The notes under the pieces: model-generated | Database searches by the model: none | Told to the model about the DNA's origin: nothing | Seen by the model: the letters and a program-made list of their open reading frames with translations, nothing else | In this document: one piece after another, positions 1 through 12,790 of the stretch | How the letters are laid out: the number at the start of each line of letters is the position of its first letter | Position numbering within the stretch: position 1 is the first letter of the stretch | NCBI RefSeq assembly: GCF_004010195.1 | Contig: NC_057719.1 | Coordinates: 25,742,663-25,799,782, forward strand | Source: Chiloscyllium plagiosum | Taxonomy: Eukaryota | Direction of reading: 5' to 3' | Length of the DNA stretch: 57,120 nucleotides | Translations under genes and position numbers: made by a program

Positions 1-1190
1 CCTTCTCCATGACAGATGTCAAGCTAACTTATCTGTCATTTCTTGTTTTCTGCCTCCCTCCCTTCTTGAATAGAGGGATTATATTTGCTGCTTTCCAGTC
101 TGATGGAAATGAATCTAGGGAATTTTGGAAAATTAACACCAATGCATCTGCTACTTTATTAGCAATCTCTTCTAAGACACTTGGATGAAGTTCTTCTGGT
201 CCCAGAGACTTGTCAGCTGCAGTTCCATCAGTTTGCTTACTACCACTTATCTTGTGATTACAATTTCACATAGGTCCACTCTCCCTTCTATCTCCTGATT
301 CACAGTTATTACTAGAACATTTTTTGTATTTACGTAGTGAAAATAATAGTAAAATATTTGTTCATCTCATCTGTAATTTTGTTATTATCTACAAATAATC
401 CCATTCTCTTTCTCTAGATGACCAACACTAACTTAACTTACTCTTTTTCCTTTTGAATAACAGTAGAAATTGCTGCTATCCATTTTTTTTTTGCAATCGT
501 AGCTGTCTTCCTTTCATATTCAAATGTAATCTCCTGATTAATCTTTTAGTGATGCCCTATTGTTCTTCATATTCTGACCAATCATCTATCTGTCACCCAT
601 CTTTGTAAAGTTATATAGTTTTTCTTTGTAAAGTTATATAGTTTTTCTTTGGTATGATGCTTTTGCTAACTTCTTTAGTAAACCATGGATGGTGGATTCT
701 TCATTTAGAATTTTTGCTTTTGGTAGGAATGTTAACTATCTGTATACTTATTCTGAAATGGTCCCTTAAACATGTGCCGCTACATCTTTACTGCTTTATC
801 CCCTAGCCAAGTATACCAGTTCATTTCAGCTATCAAAATGTTCATGCCTACATTATTGCTCTTAGAGTCATAGAAATGTACAGCATGGAAACAGACCCTT
901 CGGTCCAACCCGTCCATGCCGACCAGATATCCCAACCCAATCTAGGCCCACCTGCCAGTCCTAGGTCCAATCTTCCCTGTCAAGAAAAATGTAAAATTCA
1001 ATCATGTCGTGGTTGCTACTACCTGCTAGTGCTTTACTCTGAATTAATGAATTATTCCTGTCACACTGTATGATGTAATCTGTCCTTTGGTTGGTTCCAT
1101 GATGTGCTGCTTTAAGGAACTATCCTGAAAGCATTTTAGGACCTCCTCATCAAGGCTACCATGACCAATCAGACTTTTCCAGTTTATCTG
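1..1190 (-). mobile_element. Old CR1 ORF2 fragment with a younger CR1 tail (about 864-960) inserted
   Basis: Decayed similarity to the 14100-15100 region (FQDSSLKQHIMEPTKG). Confidence 0.6.
601..651. repeat. Exact 23-bp tandem duplication
   Basis: ctttgtaaagttatatagttttt occurs twice, followed by ctttg. Confidence 0.9.
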
Positions 1191-1507
1191 CAGTTGTGGT
1201 AGCACAGTGGTTTGCACTACTGCCTCAAAGCACCAGGGACTTGGGTTCAATTCCAGTCTTGGGAGACTGGCTGTGTGGAGTCTGAATGTTTTCCGTATGT
1301 CCGTGGTGGGGGGGATTCCGCTAGGTACCCTGGTTTCCTTCCACATTCCAAAGATATGTGGATTGGCCATGATAAATTGTCTTGTAGATTCCAGGGATTA
1401 GCCATGGTAAATGCAGGGTAGGGTGGGTGGTGTTGGTTTGGGTGGGATACCTTTCCTGCAGACTCGATGGGCTGAATGGCCTCTGCCTGCACTTTAGAAA
1501 TTCTATG
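1190..1507 (+). mobile_element. Older V-SINE copy
   Basis: Decayed A/B boxes and V core. Confidence 0.7.
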
Positions 1508-2139
1508 ATTAAAGTTGCCCATGATTATTGGTGTCCCTTTAGCACAAGCATCCAATATTTCTCCGTATGTACTTTGTTTCCATTGAGGTTCTGTTAAGAG
1601 TATCAGTAGACCACTTTCATAAATGACAAAAACTGATCATACATCCTGATCTTCTGAATAAAAGTGACCTCTAACAACTGGACAAATACTGTCCTTGATT
1701 ATCAGTGCCACTACTCTTCTTTTGCTCAGCTTTCTAATCTTCTTGAATATGATATGCCCCTCATTATGTAAGAAGTAATTCTTGCTATCCTGTAGCTACT
1801 TCTCTGTAATGGCTGTTGAATCATATCTATTTACCTGAAAGAGAGTTAATAAATGTGTTTACATTGTTATGTATGCTACATACATTCAGATACAGACACT
1901 TTAATGTTGTCACTTTTTATCTTTGTTACATTCCCCAAAGCTTGAACGTTGGTGTAATCCTCGATTTTTCTTCATCCCTTACTGCCATTCTCTGAATCTC
2001 TCTTCCCACATTGCTACTTTCCTCTTATATATCTCTAACCTTCAATGTACCATATTCTTTTACACATTTAACCTCTTGACCACACAGTCTAGTATACAGC
2101 TCTCTTTTTGCGAAAACACAACCCAGAGCAAAACATGCT

Positions 2140-2550
2140 ATCTGGTATACCATCGACCAACTTCAATATATACCTTCAAGCTTCACAGTTGCAGCAGTGT
2201 GTTTCATCTACCAAGGCTGCTTAGACAGCACCTTCCAAATCCATGACCTCTATCACCGAGAATGACAAGGGCAGTAAATCCATGGGACCACTATCATTTA
2301 CAGTTGCCTCTCCAATCTACTCACCATCCTGACTTGGAAATATATTGCTGTTTCTTCACTGTTGCTGAATCAAAATCCTGGGAACTCTCTTCATTACACC
2401 CCTTTGATGTCCCTACATCCAAGAATTGCAGCAGTTCCAAAAAACTCAGCTCAATAGCAACTTCACAAGGGCAGTTAGGGATGGAGAATATAAACTGGCC
2501 GAGACAAGAACACCCACGTCCCATCCTCTCAATGAGTGAATAAAAAAAAG
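2140..2550 (+). mobile_element. 3' end of an old CR1/L2-group LINE
   Basis: Decayed ORF2 C-terminus with an A-rich end, sharing its tail with the SINE at 35325. A probably related RT fragment lies at about 54060-54380 on the minus strand (ADVPQGNVLSPTIFSCFLND). Confidence 0.55.
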
Positions 2551-4877
2551 ACACGAGGTCAATCAAATAACTTTTTGGAATTTTGTGTGCTATCATTCAG
2601 TATAAATATTTACCACTGGTTTTGTAATAGTAAAAGGATAATTAATAAAACAAGAATGGCATGATTAATTTTAGTAACTTTTAGAAATGCTGAACAATCT
2701 GGAAAAGGGGTGGAACAAAATGGTTGACTATGATACACCTTTGACCCTCATTACCACTCACTGCATTAGTCTGACTTTGCAAGTTTGGCACATTTTGTTT
2801 AAATATTATCATATTGATAAGAAATCATGTAAATCAAGTGGGAATCCCCTAGGATTGTTACTGACTAATTCTGTCTGAAAGAGAGTTGTAGGTTGATCTT
2901 CTACTCAGAATGATGGGGCCCCATCTGCTGAATTCATCTAGATAAATTAGACAAATCCTTAAAAAAAAAGAAATGTCCTTAGTTTAAAAACTAAGCTAAT
3001 TTTAGTATTTTTAATAGTGGTATTGTTGCCAAAATTAATGACTATCTGTTTCTCTCCCGTGTTACAGTGACAATTGGTGTATGTCCACCAATTCCTTCCC
3101 TTTACCTGGACCTTCTAATCTGCGGGGCACTTGATTTATTGTAGCAGGTACTCCTCCCAATGTCTTAGCCATTACTATAGCCTGCAGGCTGGTTGTATGT
3201 CTCCTTTAAGTTGACTTACTACAGTTATTCTTTGCACTTCCTAAAGTGAAAACAAAAGATTGTTAAATAGGGTTTGTGTATCTGAACAGTTGTAGCCAAT
3301 ACCACGGTCGACCTTCCAAATCTCCAACAGCACAACCTTCAAGGCTTCTGCCTCCCTGCTGTGCAGTCCAGGGGCACCAATAATGTATTTGGAACTCAGT
3401 GGCTTGATAATAATTATTGTATAAGGAAAGGAAAAAAATTACTGTTCATGTTACATTGTGCTCTGCCCAATCTGATGATGGCACACTATCTTTGGGTGGA
3501 GATGGTTCCAAATGAATACCTAAAGGGAGCAGATGTATCCTGTAAGCTTCTGCAGGTCAACAGAATTATACCTAGCAAGTTAATGTAACCTGTACCTATT
3601 GCTATGATTCAATAAACTATCCTATTTTGTAAGTCAATAAGCTTTTCTGTTTGCGATTACTAGTGGTCCATTGCCTACCACTGATGATTAGTCAGGGTCT
3701 AAATTCAGTGGAGAGAATTGTTGGTTGCAAAATACCCAGATCAGAAATGGACAGGTTGGTGGAAATGATATTTGAAATGTCATTATGCTGCTAGTGGTGG
3801 GATTGTGAAACATGGCTGAGTTCCTTGATAAAACAACAAGGAAGCCTTAAGGTCCAATGATCGGTGCTAGTGCACCTTGAGCTGATCAATGCACATTGCT
3901 CCCTGAGCTCAGGTCTACCCTTCCCTGAGTCCTAACCTCCCATCTGTCTGTTTCAGACACAAACAAATTTCTTCCATCTTGATTTATCTAGCCTTCTTGG
4001 TCAGTCCTGATTAAATCATGCATCTCCAAGGATTTTGTAATTTATTTGTCCTAATTTAGGATGAACCTAATTTCTTGACTTATCTCTATGCCTTCTTGAG
4101 GAGCATTGGATTTTCTACACATCAATCTACTGGCACAATTTTGACTTTAAATGAATTCTGGAAAATGACTGAACCACTATTACTTCGTCCTAACTTTCCT
4201 CAGAGCCGTCATATTCAAAGCATCAAATCTTGGTGAATGTAGATCATATACATAAAATAAAATTCATCATCGAGGCATATGTTTTTAGTGCCTCTACCCA
4301 CAGGCTATTTCAGTAACAGTGCTATGGTGGAATAGAGGGGCACTCATAGTGAATTCTTCCTCATAGCCCATGAGAATAAATCAGGTGAGCACTGAGTGCC
4401 ATTCAGACACTCTCATGCAATTTTCCTCTTCATGCTGTTGAAATTTCAGGCAAGTATGAGGCCGAAAGATAAATCTAGGGACAGGCTGAGGGCAACTCTG
4501 GGAAAAAAAACCCCAGCAAACCTGCCATTCTTTTGCAGAGCTAGGAGAAATATGCTAGCTCCTTCTAATTCTGCAAGATACATCACAAGAGACAATCTAC
4601 AACACATTTACTTACTTTTGGTTCCATTATTTTCAGCAGAATTCATTAAGAATCGAAGTTAAATGGTGCTGTTATTTAAGAACTCCCTCCGATAATTCCC
4701 CCACCCCATTTGAAGGTGGTGAGTGTGTAATGGGAAGGGTGTAAATAAAATTGTGGCCTTCTTTGTGTCTTCTAATCTGTCCCCCATGTTACAGTGGGTG
4801 GGTAACACACCAGGCAGGTAATCCACCCATGGGCCTATTGATGGCCATCTACTTAATGACTACTTAGGGTTTTTTTT

Positions 4878-5168
4878 GATTAGATTAGATTCCCCAGTGT
4901 GGAAACAGGCCCTTCGGCCCAACAAGTCCACACCGATGAGTAACCCACCCAGACCCATTTCCCTCTGACCAATGCACCTAACACTATGGGCAATTTAGCA
5001 TGTTTAGCATGGCCAATTCACCTGACCTGCACATCTTTGGACTGTGGGAGGAAACCCATGCAAACACAGGGAGAGTGTGCAAACTCCACACAGACAGTTG
5101 CCCAAGGCTGGAATTGAACCTAGGTCCCTGGTGCTGTGAGGCAGCAGTGCTAACCACTGAGGCACCAT
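4878..5168 (-). mobile_element. HE1-type V-SINE
   Basis: Reverse-complement match to 20150-20462. Confidence 0.82.
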
Positions 5169-5179
5169 CCTGACCATTA

Positions 5180-5560
5180 TAGAGTCATAGAAATGTACAG
5201 CACAAAAACAGACCCTTCAGTCCAACTCATCCACGACGATCAGATATCCTAACCTAATCTAGTCCCATTTGCCAGTACTTGGCCCATATCCCTCTAAACC
5301 TTTCCCATTCATATACCCACCTAGATGCCTTTGAAATGTTGTAAATGTACCAGCCTCCACCACTTCCTCTGGCAGCTCATTCCATATACTCACCACCCTC
5401 TGCATGAAGCAGTTGCCCTTTAGGTCCTTTTTAAATCTTTCCCCTCTCACCCTAAATCCTCTAGTTCTGGACTCTCCAACCCCAGGGAAAAGACCTTGTC
5501 TATTTACCTGATCCATGCTCATGATTTTATAAACCTCTACAAGGTCACCCCCTCAGCCTC
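5180..5560 (-). mobile_element. CR1 3' fragment
   Basis: QRVVSIWNELPEEVVEAG motif and gactcta tail. Confidence 0.85.
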
Positions 5561-8500
5561 TTAAAAGCATAATTCTACCCCTGCTGCTAAAACAACAAGT
5601 AGGGGAAGGCAGAAGCGAGGTGGGTAGCCAACAGTTTGCAATGCACGGGCAGGAAGATGGATATCTCCTCTGGAAGGGATCTCCTCCGCCAGTTGCAGGC
5701 AAATCCCACTCCCCAATCCCCCAGCAAGATTGCAGCTCCCATTGAAACCTGCCCTCCCAGCTTCGAAAACACAGACCACCTCCCCTCCACCCCACCCTGC
5801 CTCTCCAACCCTCTGGGGTGTGCCAAGTTGACCCAGTCATGTTTCCAAAACTGGGCAGAAGTCCACGATCCAGACGTCTTCTTCAATGGGAACTGCTTGT
5901 GGTCACAACAGTGGGCCATTATTTGATCCTGGTGCTGCTGGGTCTGGCTAAACTCTGTGGGGTGAGGATTCCTCTCAGATGGGAATAGATGTTCCAGTTT
6001 GATTTAATCAGGGTTACCCCCAGCCTAATATTACTGCAGGACGGCAGAGTTTCAGGTGGGCCATGGAGCTTTTGGTTGACGCACTTCACCTGCTTTGTGT
6101 AACCCACCCCATTGTTTCACATCTACCAACAAAGCTATTGAGACTTCCACATAAATCAAAGCTATTCAACTAATCTGTGCCAATTGTGACTTTTGCAGCA
6201 GATCACACCATTTCATCTCATTCCCAGGCAGCAGGATCAGTGCCACAGACCAGGCTGTAGGAATCAGCATATCTTGTTGCAAATCCGAGAATGAACATAG
6301 GGACACACGTTATTTATCATGCTTGTACTGTAACAGTTATACTGTCGGAATTCTAAACTGCAGTATCAACTCCTTCTTTGGGAAGTATATCTGCATCATT
6401 CCCGTCTCATCCCAGGCGCATAACAGAATAGACTACACGCATTGCACTGGCCGAGCCATATCACAATGCTGAAGAATTCATCAATAGATGGTATCAATAG
6501 TGATCTGTAAAATGCTTGTCGTTTAAGATGCAAGCAGCTTTTTTTCGTATGAGAGAAGGAGATGCAAGCTCTGTTGTTTTGATTTCTGTTCAATTTTGGT
6601 TCCTGTGAAAAAATGTTTATGCTATGCCTTGTTTGATGGCCTCCCTCTCTGTGATGGTCCTACAGTGAACAATGATGAGATGTTGGGCTCCAGTGGGCAT
6701 TGCACACAGAATACTGATAGAGAAGACTCGGAGACTACAGACTGGTGAGGCACATAGCCTGGTGTTTAAACAGCGATTGGGGTAGGTCATGTCCAAGCAA
6801 GTGTCAGCTGTGCCACCTCAGTGCCTTGAGTAGCATTGGGTGATGGCTGCTGTGCCACTATATTGATGGTGAATGGCAATTCTGGGATTGCCAGCACTTG
6901 ACTGGGTGTACGGTCTGGGTTTCAAATGGTGCTACATCCAGGGGTGAGAATCTATTCCAGGATATCCCAACAGTAGCCAGTTCATCAGCTATGGTGAGTG
7001 GGAGAATTGAGCTAGCTTTGGAGGAGAGGGGCACCACATGCTTTGGACAGTTAATAAGTCGAATTTGTACAAATTGCATGAGTAAACCTATTAGGCCTCA
7101 TGGAGTGAAACATCAATAAATTCAACAAAAAATGACACAGCCAAAATAAGGTGTGATTCAATCCTTTGTTTTCTTTTCCACAGACGCTGCCAGACTTGCT
7201 GAAATTCACACAGCCTAAGAATTGCCAGTATCTTATTACAGCCCAAAAATCTACTCTCTTTAATAGCTCATTAGATATTTTACCAAATGATTTGCACTTT
7301 TAGGACAATGCCCAGAATGATACTCAGTACCCACAAGGTCAACCTGCACTCTACAAAGTCCAGCATTTGTTTCCTGTGCTCTTTCTTTGACTGTAACCAG
7401 AAGAACAGCTTATCATTGTTGCATTATTTCTGTACTAAAGTTGATAATGTGCCATATGCCAGTACTCCCACATCCTGCCAGCTCTGGCCAATCACAGGCA
7501 GTAATAAGTAGATGCTCATGGTGCAGATAGACTTCCCATAGAAGGAGTTGATACTAAAATTTAGAGTTCCTACAATATAACTAGCATGGTAAATAATGCA
7601 AGTCCCTATGCTCATTCTAGGATTTGCAACTAGATATGCAGAAGTCCTAGCCCACCACATTGCCACAAATACAGCAGAGCTTCTGTAATCTCTCCCCTTG
7701 TGCTTTTGACAAGCCATGATTGGAATTTGCCTCCTTCAGACTTGCTGCATATGTCTATCATTGGCTTGTAAGTTTGGAGACAGACTAGTTAAAGCCATAA
7801 AACACAGATATTGACTCAATGTAACTTGGCTGTTTTGGAGATTAAGCATCTTTGCAAACTTCCTTCTTTTCTTCACATGATTTATTGCCTTCCGCCCTTA
7901 GTCATCAGGATAATTTAGTAACTGCCACGTGCAAATAAAAGACAGCAAAAAATGCCTCATGGATTTTTCATGAGAGTTTTAATTTAAGGTCTGCTGCTTG
8001 TTTGGGTGAATATAAAAAGTCCTGTGACACTATTTACAGGAAATGATTTATTGTTTATTGCCATATATTCATATCTCAACCTACACCATAAAATCTTCCA
8101 CTCATCTCAGTGGGAATGTCAACTGCTTGAGATATGCCAACCAACAAAATTTCCAACCAAAAAATGATTAACCTCATTTCAACCAGACCAGGATTCCAGT
8201 GGGAGATAAATTAACAGAGAGATTTGAGCTGTAATCATAACTAGGGCTGAAATCAACACCAATTAATTTACAATTTGGCTTCTGTCCGACCTGCTTTTAT
8301 CTTTATTTAAATGAGCAGTCACTTAGTCTCATTTTTGTGTTAATTTTAAAAGAAACATTTTGCATAATTAATGTAGTTTGAATTATTTTATTGCATATTT
8401 AATAGCAAGGAAGACTTTCTAACTAATGGTTGCGACCACCTTAGAATCATTAAATCACCTTTGGTACCTGCTTCATATCATAATTCATCCCAAAATGACT

Positions 8501-10772
8501 TTGCCCGTTCTTTTGATAATTTTTGTAGGTTTGTGCTGTTTGTGCAGACACAAGGTGTTGGAGTATTGCTTCTGTGAACGTGTTAATCAAAACAATATTT
8601 TATTAAAAGACTTGGAATCAAAAAGCAGTATTTTTCTTACTCATAGTGGCATTCTTCCTCCATGAGTCTTGTCATGGAAATAGATCATTACTCCAATTTA
8701 CTTATGGATATACTGAACTCCTAAGTACAACATGTGTTTATTTAGAAAGATCTACAAGCCAAAAGATGGCTGAAGTTGTCAATTCTTTGGCTGTTGAAAA
8801 TTGCTGCGTGGATTACAGTGAATCCAAGAGGAATCATGGAATGTTACATTTGAAGTCTGTGCTCTGTATGAAACACATGTTTGTGTTTTATCATTCCAGG
8901 AGCACATAACAAAGAGGGTTAAAAACCAAATTGCAGCCTCTGGTCTCCGTATGCTGGCAGGCTCATTTGCTAGCTTGTGTATCCATTGTACTCAAGTCTG
9001 CAGTGAAGGGGCATAGCTGGGAATTTCTGCTAAACAACCCTGAGTATGTAGCTAAAAAGAAATAAAGTCACTTTTATTGCTGAAAATAAATCGTCAGCAA
9101 AATCATTGCTGAAGGAACTTGACCATCTCTGTTCAGCGAGTGACGGAAACAAGAATCTCTAAATAATCACTCGACTGCCAAGGTCAGTACAGTACTAGTA
9201 CGATTCTTCAGTTTAATAGACGCAATATTTTGCAATCCATTCATCATGGGAAGGCCAAAGTCTGACTTGAATACTCAGGTTTCTTTTAACTTCTGGTTTT
9301 TTTATTTCCCCTCACATTTCTAACCTGTGTATGCATGTCATGTTTCATTATCTTTCTCGCATTTTGTTCGGTTAAAAAAATCACTTTTTCTTTAACTCAA
9401 GAAAACTTAGTTAAATTGGATTTTTTTCAGAAGATTAATATATTTGGATTGGGGAAAGGTATCCATGAGAGAAGGACTTCTTTTTTATATCCACCTTGTT
9501 GCAGACAACTGAGCGAAGAGTTGCATAAAGAAATGAAGTCAATTGTTGCTCCTCATGCACGAGCTTATCCATTTATGAGTATCCCCATCCCATTCGGAAT
9601 TGTAATTAGTGAGGGATACTTGCCTGGGGTCCCATTAAAGCAGGCACCTCGTGGAACCAGGGTACCTTTGGATTTCATCTAACATTTCCCACAACCCACA
9701 TATGAAACTGTTTAATTTAGTGAACAATACAATTTGCTGTACATTTTTATTTTGCTGGGTAATATTGTGTCCCCATTTATGTTAGCACAATATGCAAGCA
9801 GCAGAAAGATATGGGTTGTTACTTTTTTTAAAACAACCCGGAAGGAAATATTATTAAAATAAGCATAGAGACTCATTTCCAGCTCATCTTGTACACGTCA
9901 GAAAGCACCTTTATGGCCAGCATGTTAATTTCCAAACACAACAGGTTTATTACTGGTTTTGCCATGGCGTAATATTTTTTTCTAGTCAATTCTGGGTTAT
10001 TAGCAAAAGGGAAAAAAATGTTCATTTTAAAAAATGAGTAATTCTTGAGCAAGTGATTTCAGTAGGGTCACCAAACGGAAAGTTTATCACTTCTATTACA
10101 GAGATAGGATTTAATGATAAGCCTCTGAGGTACACTCTGACACAACCGAGATGCCAGTTGTCATGTGCTAGGAGTCTGCAGGAAGGTAGTAATTGGAGCA
10201 GCACGGGGCACAGATGTAGAAGAAACTCAGGTATCAAGTGTAAATAAATAACTCTTTGAACAAAAATCTTGGTGTCTGGCCTGGGTCTATCTGAAAGAGA
10301 ACCCTTAATAACACAAGTATGATTTCTCTCACATTCTCTGCATATGTCACATTTTTTCACAGATCACACATTCCTTTTTGATGGCTGCTTGTTGGTTTTA
10401 CTCACAAATAAAACAGCTAACTAATAGATAGAAGATTCCTATGGACAGCAGTGAGATAGACACTCATCTTGGTCTCTTTGGAGGGTTATGGTGAGGATAG
10501 GCTACAAGAGAACTCCTTGTTCATCTTCAACACAGAGGACACTTGACTTCACCTGAACAGGGAGAAGGGATTTAAATGCCTCATTGAAAGACATTATCTC
10601 TAAAATTACAGTAATTTCCTATATGGCTGCCTTGGCTAGGCACTTACCACTCTAGAATGGTACTTTGATCATGACCTTCTGACTCATGGGCGAGAGGGCT
10701 CTACTGAATGGCTGGTAAGTTATATGAGAAAAGGAAATGCAAAAGTACTAACTAATCATAATGTTTCTGGAA

Positions 10773-10942
10773 TGATTTGGAGATGCTGGTGTTGGACTGG
10801 GGTGTACAAAGTAAAAAAAAATCACACAACACCAGGTTATAGTCCAACAGGTTTAATTGGAAGCACTAGCTTTCGGAGCGCCAATTAGTGCTCCCAATTA
10901 AACCTGTTGGACTATAACCTAGTGTTATGTGATTTTTAACTT
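10773..10942. mobile_element. Palindromic family C PLE-terminus insertion
   Basis: Inverted arms and a partial hammerhead gcgctccgaaagcta on the minus strand. TSD tgtttctggaa at 10762 and 10943. Confidence 0.78.
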
Positions 10943-12239
10943 TGTTTCTGGAAGAACTTTCTTTACTGACTCTTGAGCAACTTGTGAACTAGTTGGTGCC
11001 TTAAAAACCAATGGAGATTGTAAATTTTAAACTGCGATATCGTTCAACAGGAGGCCACAAACTGCCAATTTACTAGCCAGGCTCAGCACATTTGGATAAT
11101 CTCTACAATAATGTATTACAAAAGATATTTTGTGAATGAAGGGAGGAGGATGCCCTCTCTCTCAATACATAAAGATTGTGATAATTATAGGAGTACATGA
11201 TGGAGACTGTAAATGGCGTAGGAAGTGTATCAGGAACCAAATAATTTACAAGAAGTACGCCCAGGTGTTCTAGACCCTTACGAGAAAGCAGCAACTCTAT
11301 TCGGATTAGAAAGTAATAGTTAAAAAAACTGTGGTTCAAATGCTAAAAACATTTGAAACAAGCATTGCGCTTCAGTGAGATCAGCATGGTTATGCAAATT
11401 ATCTCATACACTATCTCAAAGAATAAAAAAAAAGAAGTTTATAAAAAAGGCCCCTGGGGCTCAGCTCACTGCGTATCAGTCACCACTATTCTTACACTCA
11501 AAGACAAAATTAATCCTAGGATAAAGCTGGTGGCCTTCCACCCTGGGGATGCACTGATTCTATCTGAACAAACTGCTGTCAATGGTGTCTCAAGTCAAAG
11601 CCTGGAAGACAGATAGAAACTGAAGGATTGTTCTGAACCTTTTGTGTATTCAATGCTTTAGTGTCTTCCAAGTTTTCTGTGGCTTGTATGATATATCACA
11701 CGACTGTCTACAGACATAGAGATTCTATTCGACCATATTGAGCATCTAATGAGAGTGCAGTGCCACTTGGTGATACTTGTTTAGTTATACTACAATCAGA
11801 TAGCAAATAGAAAATGCTAACCCTGTATCTGAAAGTGAAAAGCCATGTTTCAAATTAGCTACCACAAAATACGGACTTCTGAAAAAGTAAATGGCAATTC
11901 AGAATGAATCACAGGGTGAGGCACCAAACCTCCAGTTGAGAAAGCATAGGTATGTGTCTCCTGAACTGCACAAGGGTAGAGGCGACAGTAGGGTCAAAAT
12001 GGAAAGTGCTGTAGTACCCAACATACTGCTGTGTCTCAAATAAATGATGTTTTGGAGCCACAGTTTGCATCTGTTACCTGTCATTGTGCAAAGACCCATC
12101 TCATATGGAGAATGGCTACAAGCAAATGTCAGGCTTCAACTACAAGAGCCCAGAATTGCCTCTGGTGACGAAACTCATTCAAATAAGTAGGAATAGCAAG
12201 TAAATGTCCTCCAAGTAAGCCATATCTGGAATACTGTAA

Positions 12240-12790
12240 ATATTGATGAAGTCAGAGTGGTACAAATTGTGTATGTGGACTTTAGCAAAGCCTTTGACAA
12301 GATTTCACGTGGTAGATGCATTAATAAAGTTAGATCACTTGGGAATCACTGTGAACTGCCAATTGGATACAAAATTGGCTCAATGATAGGAGATAGAGGG
12401 TGGTGGTGGAGGGATGTGTTTCGGACTAGAACGGTGTTCATTAGGATTGGTAACGGGTCCAGTTTTGTTTGTCATGTATATAAATGACTTAGATGAGAAC
12501 ATAGTAGGCATGGTTAGTAGGTTTGCAGATGATACCAATGTTGACGGTATAGTGGACAGTGAAGAAGTTATGGGAGAAAGTGAGGACTGCAGATGCTGGA
12601 GATCAGAGCTGAAAAATGTGTTGCTGGAAAAAGCGCAGCAGGTCAGGCAGCATCCAAGGAGCAGGAGAATCGATGTTTCGGGCATAAGCCCTTTGGGTCA
12701 TGATCCCTTGGGTCAATGGGCTGAGGAGTGGCAGATGGAGTTTAATTTGGATAAAAGTAAGGTATTAAATTTTGGTAAAACAAACAAGAG
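12240..12790 (+). mobile_element. CR1 RT fragment, probably continued at about 18840-19590
   Basis: YVDFSKAFDKI, YINDLD, FADDT and WQMEFN motifs. Confidence 0.8.

Noticed and set aside
4610..4660. Minus-strand gtaagt donor with a short upstream ATG as a possible RIN3 exon
   Set aside because: No similarity to RIN SH2 sequence and no supporting acceptor. RIN3 exon 3 was not recognised in 1-21404.
4715..6110. GC-richer segments (also about 43960-44830) resembling old DNA-transposon remnants
   Set aside because: No terminal inverted repeats, TSD or transposase motif could be confirmed by eye.
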